Shown here: positions 17,943 to 27,689 of the stretch, one piece after another
How positions within the stretch are numbered: the first letter of the stretch is position 1
Layout of the letters: each line of letters opens with the position of its first letter
Assembly (NCBI GenBank): GCA_049903315.1
Contig: JBNGBT010000006.1
Span: 1 to 64,000, forward strand
DNA: 64,000 bases
From: Candidatus Cloacimonadota bacterium
Lineage (GTDB): Bacteria > Cloacimonadota > Cloacimonadia > JGIOTU-2
Reading direction: 5' to 3'
The notes under the pieces: model-generated
Told to the model about the DNA's origin: nothing
What the model saw: the letters and a program-made list of their open reading frames with translations, nothing else
Databases searched by the model: none
Translations under genes and position numbers: made by a program

Positions 17943-19159
17943 AAGACAGATTAATTTATATCTCAGTAATTTTTATTGCTTTTTGCATGTTTTCTTCTCT
18001 TGCCTGCGCTGGTGTGCAGAACGATCTGCAATCAGTAGTAAAGGGCAATAACAGCTTCTGCTTTGATTTGTATCATCAATTGATGAGTGAGCAGGGCAAC
18101 CTCTTTTTCTCTCCGTACAGCATTTCAACTGCTCTTGCCATGACCTATGCCGGTGCAAAGAGAGAAACCGAAAAGCAGATGGCAGAGGTTTTGCATTTTA
18201 CTCTTCCTCAGGAAAAATTACATTCGGAAAGTTCAAAACTTCAGTCAGATCTCAATAGCATCGAAGAGAAGGGAGATGTTCAACTGAATATTGAGAATTC
18301 ATTGTGGCTGCAGAAAGGGGATTCTTTTCTGGACTCATTCCTGGATTTGAACAAAAAATATTACGATGCCGGCTTGTATTTTGTTAATTTTGCTCAGTCA
18401 TCCGTAGTACGGGATAAGATCAATAACTGGGTGGAAGATAAGACCCATGACAAGATCAAGGATTTGATCAAACCGCCAATCCCCACTTCAGATACTTCTC
18501 TGATATTGTGCAATGCGATCTATTTCAAGGGTAATTGGCTCAGTCAGTTTGATAAGGCAAAAACAAAAGATGATGATTTCTATCTTTCTAAAGATACAAT
18601 CATACAAGTCCCCATGATGTCCCAGAAATCCGATTATCGATACATAGACTATGGCTCATTTGAAGGACTGGAATTGCCGTATGAAGGAAACGATCTATCA
18701 ATGCTCATATTTCTCCCAAAAGAAATTGACGGTCTGGCAGAATTCGAAGATCATATGACTGCTGATACTGTGACAATGTGGATTGATGGGCTTATGAATA
18801 CTTATGAGCGAGAGGTTCGTGTCACTATTCCAAAATTTAAAACCACAAGTGAATTTGAACTTGCACCTATATTATCCGGTATGGGAATGTCTAATGCATT
18901 CTCTCCAGCCAGTGCTGATTTTTCGGGAATCAATGGCAAGCATGATCTCTTTATTAGCAATGTGATACACAAGGCATTTGTGGACGTGAATGAGGAAGGC
19001 ACAGAAGCTGTTGCTGTAACTGCAGTACTGATGACGAGAGGGGGACGTGCTGTCGAACTAATGTTTCGAGCAAATCACCCATTTCTATTTTTGATACGGG
19101 AAAACAAGACAGGGAGTATTCTCTTTATTGGCAGGATTGTTGATCCTACAAAATCATGA
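17939..19159 (+). CDS. Secreted serpin (serine protease inhibitor)
   Basis: NLFFSPYSISTALAM, NAIYFKGNW, HKAFVDVNEEGTEA hinge, FRANHPFLFLIRE and SILFIGRI; N-terminal signal peptide. Confidence 0.95.
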   Translation: MKDRLIYISVIFIAFCMFSSLACAGVQNDLQSVVKGNNSFCFDLYHQLMSEQGNLFFSPYSISTALAMTYAGAKRETEKQMAEVLHFTLPQEKLHSESSKLQSDLNSIEEKGDVQLNIENSLWLQKGDSFLDSFLDLNKKYYDAGLYFVNFAQSSVVRDKINNWVEDKTHDKIKDLIKPPIPTSDTSLILCNAIYFKGNWLSQFDKAKTKDDDFYLSKDTIIQVPMMSQKSDYRYIDYGSFEGLELPYEGNDLSMLIFLPKEIDGLAEFEDHMTADTVTMWIDGLMNTYEREVRVTIPKFKTTSEFELAPILSGMGMSNAFSPASADFSGINGKHDLFISNVIHKAFVDVNEEGTEAVAVTAVLMTRGGRAVELMFRANHPFLFLIRENKTGSILFIGRIVDPTKS

Positions 19160-19161
19160 AA

Positions 19162-19217
19162 GTGCAGGATAAACCTGCACCTACTCCCTTTGTTGGTAGA
19201 GACAGGTTTATCCCGTC
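19162..19217. repeat. Inverted pair of GTAG-type REP-like palindromes
   Basis: Minus-strand GTAGGTGCAGGTTTATCCTGCAC (19162-19184) and plus-strand GTAGAGACAGGTTTATCCCGTC (19196-19217), between convergent genes. Confidence 0.6.
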
Positions 19218-19223
19218 GGGAAA

Positions 19224-20024
19224 TTAAAACCTGAATGTAAGAGTTATTCCCTTCAAGGTTGGACTTACAGAAACAATCCTTCTATCACTCTCCGCATGCA
19301 GTGCCACGATCTTTTTCGTAATAAAATGACTGAGAACCGCCCCGACAAACACATCCGAGACCCAGTGCTTGTTGTTGTACACACGGGCAAAAGAAGTACA
19401 TGTTGCAAGCGCATATGACACAATTCCTATCACAGGTTTGTCCTTGAATTCTTCAGCAAGTACTGTTGCCCAGCTAAATGCAACCGAGGAATGTCCCGAA
19501 GGAAATGCAATGTTATGAGTGGAAAAAGATGGTCCGTCCCAGATATAGGGAGAATCCGAAGCAGAAGGACGATGTCGATGGGTGAGAAATTTAATACTGT
19601 TCACGGCAACACCAACTATGGCAAAACTTTCAAGCATTTCGAGGGAAATTCTTCGGGTTTTTTCATCTTTGGCAAGTGCGCCATAACAATATAATAATGC
19701 TTCTGCAGGTAGCACCACATAGCCGTTTCCAAGATAATTAGTCACGTCTGCGAGTGAACCAAGCACATTCGATTTGTGATACTGCACAAAATCCTGCATC
19801 TGCCTGTCATAGACATAGAGCAGAATTGCCGAACCGGTGAAAATTCCTGCTTTCAGCCAATCTTCTGCCTCCCAAAGGAGAGGAGAGAGATATACGTCAC
19901 GAGTATTACGCAGTCCTTCGAATATGAATTCTTTATTTATATAATAGTCATGTTCCTGTGCCTGAAGCATACAGGGAGAAAGCAAGAGAGTTATAAGAAA
20001 AAAAGCAGCAAGTATTTTTTTCAT
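19224..20024 (-). CDS. PAP2 superfamily phosphatase (LpxE/PgpB-like)
   Basis: KFLTHRHRP, FPSGHS and ARVYNNKHWVSDV PAP2 motifs; signal peptide. Confidence 0.88.
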   Translation of the reverse strand: MKKILAAFFLITLLLSPCMLQAQEHDYYINKEFIFEGLRNTRDVYLSPLLWEAEDWLKAGIFTGSAILLYVYDRQMQDFVQYHKSNVLGSLADVTNYLGNGYVVLPAEALLYCYGALAKDEKTRRISLEMLESFAIVGVAVNSIKFLTHRHRPSASDSPYIWDGPSFSTHNIAFPSGHSSVAFSWATVLAEEFKDKPVIGIVSYALATCTSFARVYNNKHWVSDVFVGAVLSHFITKKIVALHAESDRRIVSVSPTLKGITLTFRF

Positions 20025-20026
20025 AA

Positions 20027-21058
20027 TTAAATGATCAACATTGCATCGCCATAGCTATAGAACCTGAAATTCTTTTCGATTGCTTTTTTGTATGCTTCCA
20101 TGATAAGATCATATCCGGCAAAGGCAGAAACCAGCATGATGAGTGTGGAACGTGGCAGGTGAAAATTCGTGATGAGCTTATCTACAATCTTAAAGGAATA
20201 GCCCGGGTAAATAAAAATATTTGTGTGCTTATTGCCGGAAGCAAGATGCCTTCCTTGAGCGAAACTTTCAAGAGTGCGAACGCAGGTTGTGCCGACTGCA
20301 ACAATATTTTTATCGCTTTGCTTGGCACAATTGATCTTTTCTGCTTCCTTTTCCGATACAGAGCAGTACTCCGTATGCATTGTGTGGTCTTCAATGTTCT
20401 CAACCATAACAGGTCTGAAGGTGTCGAGTCCGATGCGCAGGTTGACTTTTGCAGAGGAAATTCCAATTGATTCTAAGATATTTATAAGCTGTGGTGTGAA
20501 ATGTAATCCCGCAGTTGGAGCTGCTACTGAACCTTGCTTATCTGCAAACACGGTTTGATAACGTTCTGCATCGAGTTCAGTTGCTTCTCTTTTTATATAA
20601 GGAGGGAGTGGTACTTTGCCAATACTGTCGATGATCTGAAAGAAATCACCGTCATAGGAAAAACGAATCAGCCGTTCTCCTTTGTCTCCCCATTGAATTA
20701 TCTCTCCATGAAGAATATCCCCGAGTATCATTTCCGAACCGATTTTCAATCGCCTGCCGGGTTTTACCAGGCATTTCCAGGAATACTCATCAACTTGTTC
20801 CAGAAGAAGCACTTCGATCTTTCCTCCAGAGGGCTTCTTTCCTACAAGGCGTGCGGGAATGACTTTTGTCTCATTCATCACGAGAAAATCATCTGAACTC
20901 AAGTAATGTTGTATATTTTTGAAAATATCAGTATTAATAGATTTTTCATCCCTATTTACGATCATTAAACGTGATTCTTCACGCTTTTCGGAAGGATACT
21001 GGGCAATCATTCCTTCAGGAAGTTCATAATCAAAATCAGATACAGAAAATTTTCTCAC
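20027..21058 (-). CDS. queA: S-adenosylmethionine:tRNA ribosyltransferase-isomerase
   Basis: DFDYELP, PLPPYIKR, RYQTVFA, SVAAPTAGLHFT, TNFHLPRSTL and FYSYGDAM. Confidence 0.97.
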   Translation of the reverse strand: MRKFSVSDFDYELPEGMIAQYPSEKREESRLMIVNRDEKSINTDIFKNIQHYLSSDDFLVMNETKVIPARLVGKKPSGGKIEVLLLEQVDEYSWKCLVKPGRRLKIGSEMILGDILHGEIIQWGDKGERLIRFSYDGDFFQIIDSIGKVPLPPYIKREATELDAERYQTVFADKQGSVAAPTAGLHFTPQLINILESIGISSAKVNLRIGLDTFRPVMVENIEDHTMHTEYCSVSEKEAEKINCAKQSDKNIVAVGTTCVRTLESFAQGRHLASGNKHTNIFIYPGYSFKIVDKLITNFHLPRSTLIMLVSAFAGYDLIMEAYKKAIEKNFRFYSYGDAMLII

Positions 21059-21060
21059 AA

Positions 21061-21852
21061 CTACTTATTCGTGTTCAAGCCCGAATTCTCAGCATCTTTC
21101 AGGAACATGGTAAAGCTGCCGTATTTGATATCTATGACGAGTTTTATCGGGATTTTATATGCATCATCAGTTACCCAGATGTCCATCACAATAGAGGATT
21201 TTTTCTGGGATTCCTTCGGTATGATGGGAGTGATCTTATAGCATTCTTTCTGTCCGAAAGTCGTGTTGAGTTTCTCTTTTTTCTCAACAAGGAGTTTCAC
21301 GGGATGATTATCGCCATCCAGACTGATATTCAGGTTCAGGGTATCACCAAGAGCAAGTTGCTGCAGACGCACCCAGTAGATGATGGTGTATGTGTCCTGC
21401 GGATCATAAAGGGAGGTGCTCTGTTTTTTTATTTGCTCACCCTTTTTATAAGTAACATAATAGTAGGTTGTATCTTCCGGAAAATAGTAATGAATACGGT
21501 ATTGCTTCCAGCTTCCCTCAGAAATGCGTTTGATGAATTTGCGCACAACAAACTGCTCTTTATCCCAGTAGGACTCGGTTTCGTCTCGTATTTTATACAC
21601 AAGATCAAAGATAGGATTGGTTTTTGATAATGTTTTTATGCAATAGCACGGATGCCCCATTATTTCTCCACCGTCTTCGAGATTCATAGTAAAGGTGCCG
21701 GCATTTACGATACCGAAAGATGTCGAATAGATAAGCTTCTCGCCGATCTGAAAAGGCAACTCTTCCTGTGAATAAAGCATGCTTGTGAAAAGCAGCAACA
21801 AAATGAAAATAGGGAAGTATTTATTTTTGTTCTTCAAAATATTTCTCCTCAT
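21061..21852 (-). CDS. DUF3108-like exported protein
   Basis: Signal peptide; PFQIGEKLIY, NAG and IWVTDDAYKIPIK motifs typical of DUF3108. Confidence 0.7.
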   Translation of the reverse strand: MRRNILKNKNKYFPIFILLLLFTSMLYSQEELPFQIGEKLIYSTSFGIVNAGTFTMNLEDGGEIMGHPCYCIKTLSKTNPIFDLVYKIRDETESYWDKEQFVVRKFIKRISEGSWKQYRIHYYFPEDTTYYYVTYKKGEQIKKQSTSLYDPQDTYTIIYWVRLQQLALGDTLNLNISLDGDNHPVKLLVEKKEKLNTTFGQKECYKITPIIPKESQKKSSIVMDIWVTDDAYKIPIKLVIDIKYGSFTMFLKDAENSGLNTNK

Positions 21853-24725
21853 TTTTGATGAGTATCTGCAAACCAGTGCGTAATGTGGTCTGTGATCTCG
21901 TATGGATTTGAAACTCTATTCGGTTGCAAAGGCATGACATTAATAAAGTAACGTCCATAATTTTTTGAATAAATTCTTGAATCAAGGATAACGACGACAC
22001 CCTTGTCTGTCTTGTTTCGTATGAGTCTGCCGAATCCCTGTTTGAATTGGAGGAGTGAGATCGGCAATGTATAATGGAGGAAGGAATTCTTGCCTTCTGC
22101 AGTGAGTTTGTCCAGATATGCTTCGACGAGCGGCTCTGTGGGTACAAGGAACGGCAGGCGGAATAAAACCAAAATTTCCAGAGATTTTCCCTGTACATCA
22201 ACGCCTTCCCAGAAACTTTTTGTGCCAAGTAATACTGAATTTTCATCATTTCTAAAAATATTCAGGATCGTTGTTCGAGAACCGCTTTTACATTGAGCAA
22301 GGAGTGTTAGTTCATTCTTTATTGCTGAGGTTGAAAGTTCCGAGTAGGCAGCATCGAGGTCTTTATAGGATGTGAATAGAACGAGTGTTCCCCGTTTATG
22401 AGCGCTGAGAATTTCTTCTACAAGAGAGACAGCCTGAGGGGAGAAAAATGGATCTTTGGGATTAGGCAGAAAATCGGGAATGAGCACCTTCATCTGGTTT
22501 GGATAATCAAACGGAGAGGATGCGATATATTCCATAAGACGGGTCTGTTCTACATCTTCGAGCCCGGTGAGGTGTTTATAAAATTTGAATTCCTGCCTGA
22601 TCGCGAGAGTGGCAGAGGTGAGAATTGCGGTTTCCAGCCGGCCCCAGAAATATTTGAAGAGCGGTTCGTTCACTTCGATGGGCGCACACACAATTGCAGA
22701 ACGGGGCATCATATCCGGTCTGATCTCATTGTCCGACGTTTCAAGCCAGAATGCATAGTTCTCGAAATCCGGGCTGAACACATGCTCAAAACATACAATA
22801 AGCTCCACCATCTGGTTGATGCTGCCCTCTAGATCGGACATGTTCTCATCATATTTGGGAAAGGTCTGGGGATTCACATCCAGAAGTGCCGAATGTAGCC
22901 GGGTAAGTTTTTTATTGAGTTCGGATAGCGCACTGCTGATGTCTTCAAGCGGCACTTTGACAGGTCTGAAAACATCGAGATCCTGAAAGCGGAGCTTCCT
23001 ATAACTTCCTCTTGTGAGAACGATCTGTGTGATGTATTGGAAAAAATCTTTACCCTTTTCTTCTATAGTATCAATAGGTTCTTCGCACTCATCGAGAATG
23101 CTTTTGTATATCTTCTTTTTTTCGTCCGGTAATGTGCTTTTTGTGATACCGATACGGAGATTGTTGATGATCCCGTACTGGAATTCTCCCTTTGTGAGAA
23201 GCTTGCGAGTGATGTTAAGAAGTTCGGGCATTGTGATGGAGAATCCGAAATGAACTGCAGCAGCATTGGGAAGATTATGCGCTTCGTCGATTACAAGATT
23301 GGAATAGTTGCCCAAAACCGAAAACTCATTTGCTGCGTCTGCGAGCAGAAGAGCATGATTAATGATCACAAGATTTGCATTTTCCGCCTGCTTGCGGATA
23401 TTCATCACAAAGCACTGCTCGTTGTATGGACATTTTCTTCCATGGCAAGAGGTTCCGTCTGACGCAACCTTGGACCACAAGCCACTCAGATACGGCTTGA
23501 AGGATTGATTTTCTTCGACATCACCGGTCTTGGTCATTTCTGCCCAGACAATGAGATTGAGCAGGAATTTCATTTCATATTGTGTGAGATAGCCATTGAT
23601 ATCCGAAAGCACATTATACCACTTTCTCAAGCAGAGATAGTTTGATCTGCCCTTGAGAAGCGCTGCGGTGAATGCCAGGTCTGTAGTTTCCTGAATGGTG
23701 GGAATGTCCTTAAAGAAAAGCTGTTCCTGAAGGTTTTTTGTGTTGGTGGAAATGATAATTCTCTGATTTGAGACTTTCGAATAATAGATGGATGGTATGA
23801 GATATGCGAGGGATTTACCGACACCTGTTCCTGCTTCGATGAGAAGGAGATTTCCTTCCTGGTATGCTTCCGTTACCCAGGAAACCATATCGATCTGTCC
23901 TTCACGATATTCGTATTGTCCGAACTTTTCCGCCAAAGAACCACCCTCTTCAAAAAGCTGAAGTATCTCATTCTCGTCCATTACGAGACTCGGAACTTTG
24001 CCCTCTACAATGTTTGAAATATAATTTGGTCTGGTGAAGAATGGAATTGCGGGAGCACTTTGCTTCTGTCTTTGCAAATACATCTTTGTCAGGTAGCCGA
24101 GTATCGTTTTCAAGTATTCCAGCATCCCATTCTGCTGATAAGCAAAAGAAGCTATCTCTTCGATTTGTTTCACCAGCTTTAGATCGATATGATCTATGAT
24201 GAAGTCAGTGATGGCATTGAAGCATTCTCCGGTTGCCTGAGCATCATGTTGTGCGCGATGGGCATGTGGATTGATAATATCGAAATACTCAGCAACAGTG
24301 CCAAGTGAGTGGGATTTCAGATGGGGAAGAAAAATTCTCGAAAGGTCAACAGTATCATAATATTTGTTTTTGATAGGAGAAAGCTTGCATTTACCCAGCG
24401 ACTCATTGAGGAATCCGAGATCAAATCCAGCATTATGAAAACAAAGGGGAGTTTTACCGATAAATTCCATAAAATTCTGTAAAACCATTTTGAGAGAAGG
24501 GGCATTTACAAGGTCTTTATCTGCGATATGCGTGAGTACTTTTATGGCATCAGGGAGAGGTCTGTTGATATGGATAAAAGACTGAAATGAATCGACCTGT
24601 TCTCCATCCTTAAAATGAACAGCTCCGATCTCGATCAAATCCTCTTTTGCAGAGTCCAGTCCAGTGGTTTCAGTGTCCACTGCTATAAACTCAAACGCGG
24701 GATATCCCTTATCTTTTTTTGCCAT
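21849..24725 (-). CDS. dinG: DEDDh 3'-5' exonuclease fused to a DinG-family helicase
   Basis: N-terminal VDTETTG, HNAGFD and HRAQHDA; helicase EAGTGVGKSLAY, Fe-S cysteines (YLC...SCHGRKCPYNEQC), DEAHNL, TSATL, FWEGVDV and QGFGRLIR. Confidence 0.93.
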   Translation of the reverse strand: MAKKDKGYPAFEFIAVDTETTGLDSAKEDLIEIGAVHFKDGEQVDSFQSFIHINRPLPDAIKVLTHIADKDLVNAPSLKMVLQNFMEFIGKTPLCFHNAGFDLGFLNESLGKCKLSPIKNKYYDTVDLSRIFLPHLKSHSLGTVAEYFDIINPHAHRAQHDAQATGECFNAITDFIIDHIDLKLVKQIEEIASFAYQQNGMLEYLKTILGYLTKMYLQRQKQSAPAIPFFTRPNYISNIVEGKVPSLVMDENEILQLFEEGGSLAEKFGQYEYREGQIDMVSWVTEAYQEGNLLLIEAGTGVGKSLAYLIPSIYYSKVSNQRIIISTNTKNLQEQLFFKDIPTIQETTDLAFTAALLKGRSNYLCLRKWYNVLSDINGYLTQYEMKFLLNLIVWAEMTKTGDVEENQSFKPYLSGLWSKVASDGTSCHGRKCPYNEQCFVMNIRKQAENANLVIINHALLLADAANEFSVLGNYSNLVIDEAHNLPNAAAVHFGFSITMPELLNITRKLLTKGEFQYGIINNLRIGITKSTLPDEKKKIYKSILDECEEPIDTIEEKGKDFFQYITQIVLTRGSYRKLRFQDLDVFRPVKVPLEDISSALSELNKKLTRLHSALLDVNPQTFPKYDENMSDLEGSINQMVELIVCFEHVFSPDFENYAFWLETSDNEIRPDMMPRSAIVCAPIEVNEPLFKYFWGRLETAILTSATLAIRQEFKFYKHLTGLEDVEQTRLMEYIASSPFDYPNQMKVLIPDFLPNPKDPFFSPQAVSLVEEILSAHKRGTLVLFTSYKDLDAAYSELSTSAIKNELTLLAQCKSGSRTTILNIFRNDENSVLLGTKSFWEGVDVQGKSLEILVLFRLPFLVPTEPLVEAYLDKLTAEGKNSFLHYTLPISLLQFKQGFGRLIRNKTDKGVVVILDSRIYSKNYGRYFINVMPLQPNRVSNPYEITDHITHWFADTHQK

Positions 24726-24806
24726 ATTTTTACATACCTCGTGTGTGTAGAGAAGAAAATGGGGTCTGATTACGTCAAGCTAATTGTGATTTGGGCAGAG
24801 TGCTTT

Positions 24807-25790
24807 TTATGAGGAAAGATGAAGTATTTTTATTGGTTCAGAATTTTCCTGATCATGCATCTTGATGAGATAGATTCCAGGTGGAATTTCGTGTATATCC
24901 CATTCGAAATGATGTATGCCTGAACACAGGTTTCCTGGACACAAAGTCTTCAGCTTCCTTCCTTTTATATCATATAATGTACATTCTACATATGTATTCT
25001 TCGGCAGAGAAAAAGTTATATTTACTCTCTTCGTACAAGGATTGGGAGAAATATTGATCGTAGTAAAGGTTTGTTGTTCAGGCTCATTTGTCGCTACAGG
25101 CAGATCAAGCTTGCACACTCCAAAACCGACCCATGCAGGAGCGAGAATTTGATCTATGATCTGTCCCGAATAATCGAATTGGTAGATATAGCCGAGACTG
25201 CCGTCGAATCCCTGTGTTGTCCAAAAATATGTGCCGTCGAACCATAAACCTCTGCATGAATCAGCAGGTGGAGAAAAATTGTTCGCAGCAACCTCGATCA
25301 GATTGGGCCAAAGCGCTACATCCCAGCATTTAATCAGGTTGTTATCGTTCAGCATATAGAGGTACTGTCCGTCCCACGCGCTTCCAAAAACATCTTCATC
25401 GAAGGAGGTAGTCCCATCTTTGACACCGTTTATATCATAGCGGTTCAAATCCCATTCCGTGACGTAGAAATACGTGCCGTCAAAGGCAACATCATAAAAA
25501 TAAAAAAGTGACCAGTCATCAATAATGACTTCGATATCACCTGTCTCGATGTCCACTTTGTAAAGACGCGGGGCAAAGGCATCGACTGCATAAAGTTCGT
25601 TGTTCACGACTTCCATATCGCAGAAATGATAGTTGTCGTACTGAAAAAAAATTTGCACGGTCCCTGTGGTGGAAAGCGTGTATATCCGCGAATTGAAATA
25701 TTGGTTTGCAGTGAACATAATAACTTCATCAGCAAAAAGGGGAGATTGGAGAATGATAAAGCAGAGGAAGCCAAATAGATACTTTTTCAT
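24807..25790 (-). CDS. Secreted beta-propeller-like protein with T9SS-type C-terminal domain
   Basis: Signal peptide; repeated VAFDGTYFY, AWDGQYLY and WFDGTYFW blades; C-terminal ISPNP...YDIKGR...PGIYLIK. Confidence 0.7.
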   Translation of the reverse strand: MKKYLFGFLCFIILQSPLFADEVIMFTANQYFNSRIYTLSTTGTVQIFFQYDNYHFCDMEVVNNELYAVDAFAPRLYKVDIETGDIEVIIDDWSLFYFYDVAFDGTYFYVTEWDLNRYDINGVKDGTTSFDEDVFGSAWDGQYLYMLNDNNLIKCWDVALWPNLIEVAANNFSPPADSCRGLWFDGTYFWTTQGFDGSLGYIYQFDYSGQIIDQILAPAWVGFGVCKLDLPVATNEPEQQTFTTINISPNPCTKRVNITFSLPKNTYVECTLYDIKGRKLKTLCPGNLCSGIHHFEWDIHEIPPGIYLIKMHDQENSEPIKILHLSS

Positions 25791-25805
25791 GATGATTTTA
25801 CAAAT

Positions 25806-26468
25806 TTATTCTGATGAGGTCAGTCTTTCTTTTATCTCGTGAAAATCCCGGGCATAAAAATCAACATATTTGAGAATACGGTCTTTATCTTTTAGGGAAT
25901 AGTCATCCTCGATCGCAAAGGAGGTCATGCCGGCATTCTTTGCCGCAGTTACTCCGGCGATCACATCTTCAATAACAAGGCACTCGTGTGGAAGAACACC
26001 GAGTTTTTCTGCTACTCGTAAAAAGATATCAGGAAATGGCTTCCCGCGGAGGTTTTCCTGTCCGTCAACCACTGCATCGACATAGTGCCACACGTCATTC
26101 GCGGAGAGTACAATTTCTGTAAGACGATGTATATTGCTCGTTCCCACGCCCATCTTGATTTTATTTTTATGAAGGAAAGTTAAGAATTCTTTCGCGCCGG
26201 ATTTGAGAGGAATATCATTCTGGTAGTGCCAGGCAACCATCTCTGTCCACTCGTTCATGATATCTTCCGCGCTATCAGGCAGGTTGAATTTCTTTTTAAA
26301 ATGCTCTGCGACTTCCACATAACTGTTTCCCACCTGGATGTCCTCGAAGAGATCATCGGGAACAGAAATATTCCGCTTCGCAAGAAAGTCATGATCTACT
26401 TGTGTCCATATTCCCATGGAATCAATGAGGGTGCCGTCGAGGTCGAAAATGACTGCTTTGAATTTCAC
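25806..26468 (-). CDS. HAD-IA family phosphatase (beta-PGM/CbbY-like)
   Basis: FDLDGTLIDS, GKPFPDIF and VIEDVIAGVTAAKNAGM; GTG start. Confidence 0.9.
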   Translation of the reverse strand: MKFKAVIFDLDGTLIDSMGIWTQVDHDFLAKRNISVPDDLFEDIQVGNSYVEVAEHFKKKFNLPDSAEDIMNEWTEMVAWHYQNDIPLKSGAKEFLTFLHKNKIKMGVGTSNIHRLTEIVLSANDVWHYVDAVVDGQENLRGKPFPDIFLRVAEKLGVLPHECLVIEDVIAGVTAAKNAGMTSFAIEDDYSLKDKDRILKYVDFYARDFHEIKERLTSSE

Positions 26469-26477
26469 TAAAAAGTA

Positions 26478-27689
26478 TTACATCCCGACAAGTTTCTCGC
26501 GTACTTTTGCACTTACCATATCCATAACCCAGACCACGAATGCAATGAGCCATATCAGCAAGCCGACATTATGCCAGCGGAGGAGTTGTTGCTGCTGGAG
26601 AAGCAGGAGACCAATACCGCCGCCGCCCACGAAGCCCACGATCGTTGCCATACGGACATTTATATCCCAGCGGTAAATAGTGAATGCCAGGAATGGTGAC
26701 ACTATCTGCGGGATTACCGCGTAAATCCAGGTTTGAAGAGTGCTTGCACCGGTTGCTTTTATTGCTTCCACAGGACCGGTATCAATATTTTCGATCTGTT
26801 CGGAATAGAGCTTCGTGAGTGCTGCAATGGAATGTATCATAAGAGCAAGCATGCCTGCAAAAGGGCCGATGCCCACCCACACGCTGAAAATGATCGCCCA
26901 TACAATTGCTTCGATCGAGCGGAAGATAGTCGCCACTGTTCGGATAAGTATATACACAATATTCCCGAGCCATGTCCGTGGCATGAGATTCCGTGCGGCA
27001 AAAAAGCTGAGCACAAAAGCAAAAGGGATAGCAAAGATCGTTGCCAGCAAGGCAAGGAAAATAGTCTCTGCAAGAGCAGAGAGCGCGATATTAAGAAGTT
27101 CATTAGTCCTATTCGCACTCTGTAATATAATTGATTTGTATTTCTGTATGGTTGATTCCCCAAGTCTTTTTTGCAGATCTCCGAGAAACACTTTCTTTGT
27201 TGAATATTTTCTGTTCTGAATACCTTTAAGTGTCTTGAGAACATCAGGAGGAAGGTTTTCCTTTTCCAGTTCATCAATAGATGTGGCAGACAGAGAGTAT
27301 TCCGTAATACTGGGATCAAAAATACCTGATGCAATGCCGCCTGCATTTTGAAACTTTGTGAAAAACTTATAGAAGTCCACATGTACAATATTCACACCGA
27401 CTACAAAAGTGACAATCAGTGAAATAAGGGTAAGATACCCCCACACAGATTTGAGTACGCTTCTTTTTGGCTTCCCGGAAGATAAAAATAATTTAACTCC
27501 AACTGATCCTCGAATGAGCTGAAAAATGATCGTTACAACTATCGCAGCTATTCCGATATAGAATAATTTTGCAGTAAAGCCGGACCACTTATGCATAAGA
27601 TAGTACATACAACCGAAGACGTATATCCAGAAAAGAAGGTCGGTCGCGATAGATTGAATAACAGCCATTGTTTTACTTTTTTTCTTCAT
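26478..27689 (-). CDS. phnE: Phosphonate/phosphite ABC transporter permease
   Basis: KLYSEQIENID, EAIKATGA, YRWDINVRMATIVGFVGGGGIG; in an operon with phnC- and phnD-like genes. Confidence 0.85.
   Translation of the reverse strand: MKKKSKTMAVIQSIATDLLFWIYVFGCMYYLMHKWSGFTAKLFYIGIAAIVVTIIFQLIRGSVGVKLFLSSGKPKRSVLKSVWGYLTLISLIVTFVVGVNIVHVDFYKFFTKFQNAGGIASGIFDPSITEYSLSATSIDELEKENLPPDVLKTLKGIQNRKYSTKKVFLGDLQKRLGESTIQKYKSIILQSANRTNELLNIALSALAETIFLALLATIFAIPFAFVLSFFAARNLMPRTWLGNIVYILIRTVATIFRSIEAIVWAIIFSVWVGIGPFAGMLALMIHSIAALTKLYSEQIENIDTGPVEAIKATGASTLQTWIYAVIPQIVSPFLAFTIYRWDINVRMATIVGFVGGGGIGLLLLQQQQLLRWHNVGLLIWLIAFVVWVMDMVSAKVREKLVGM

Noticed and set aside
20971..21627. 218-aa plus-strand ORF
   Set aside because: Antisense shadow of the DUF3108 and queA genes.
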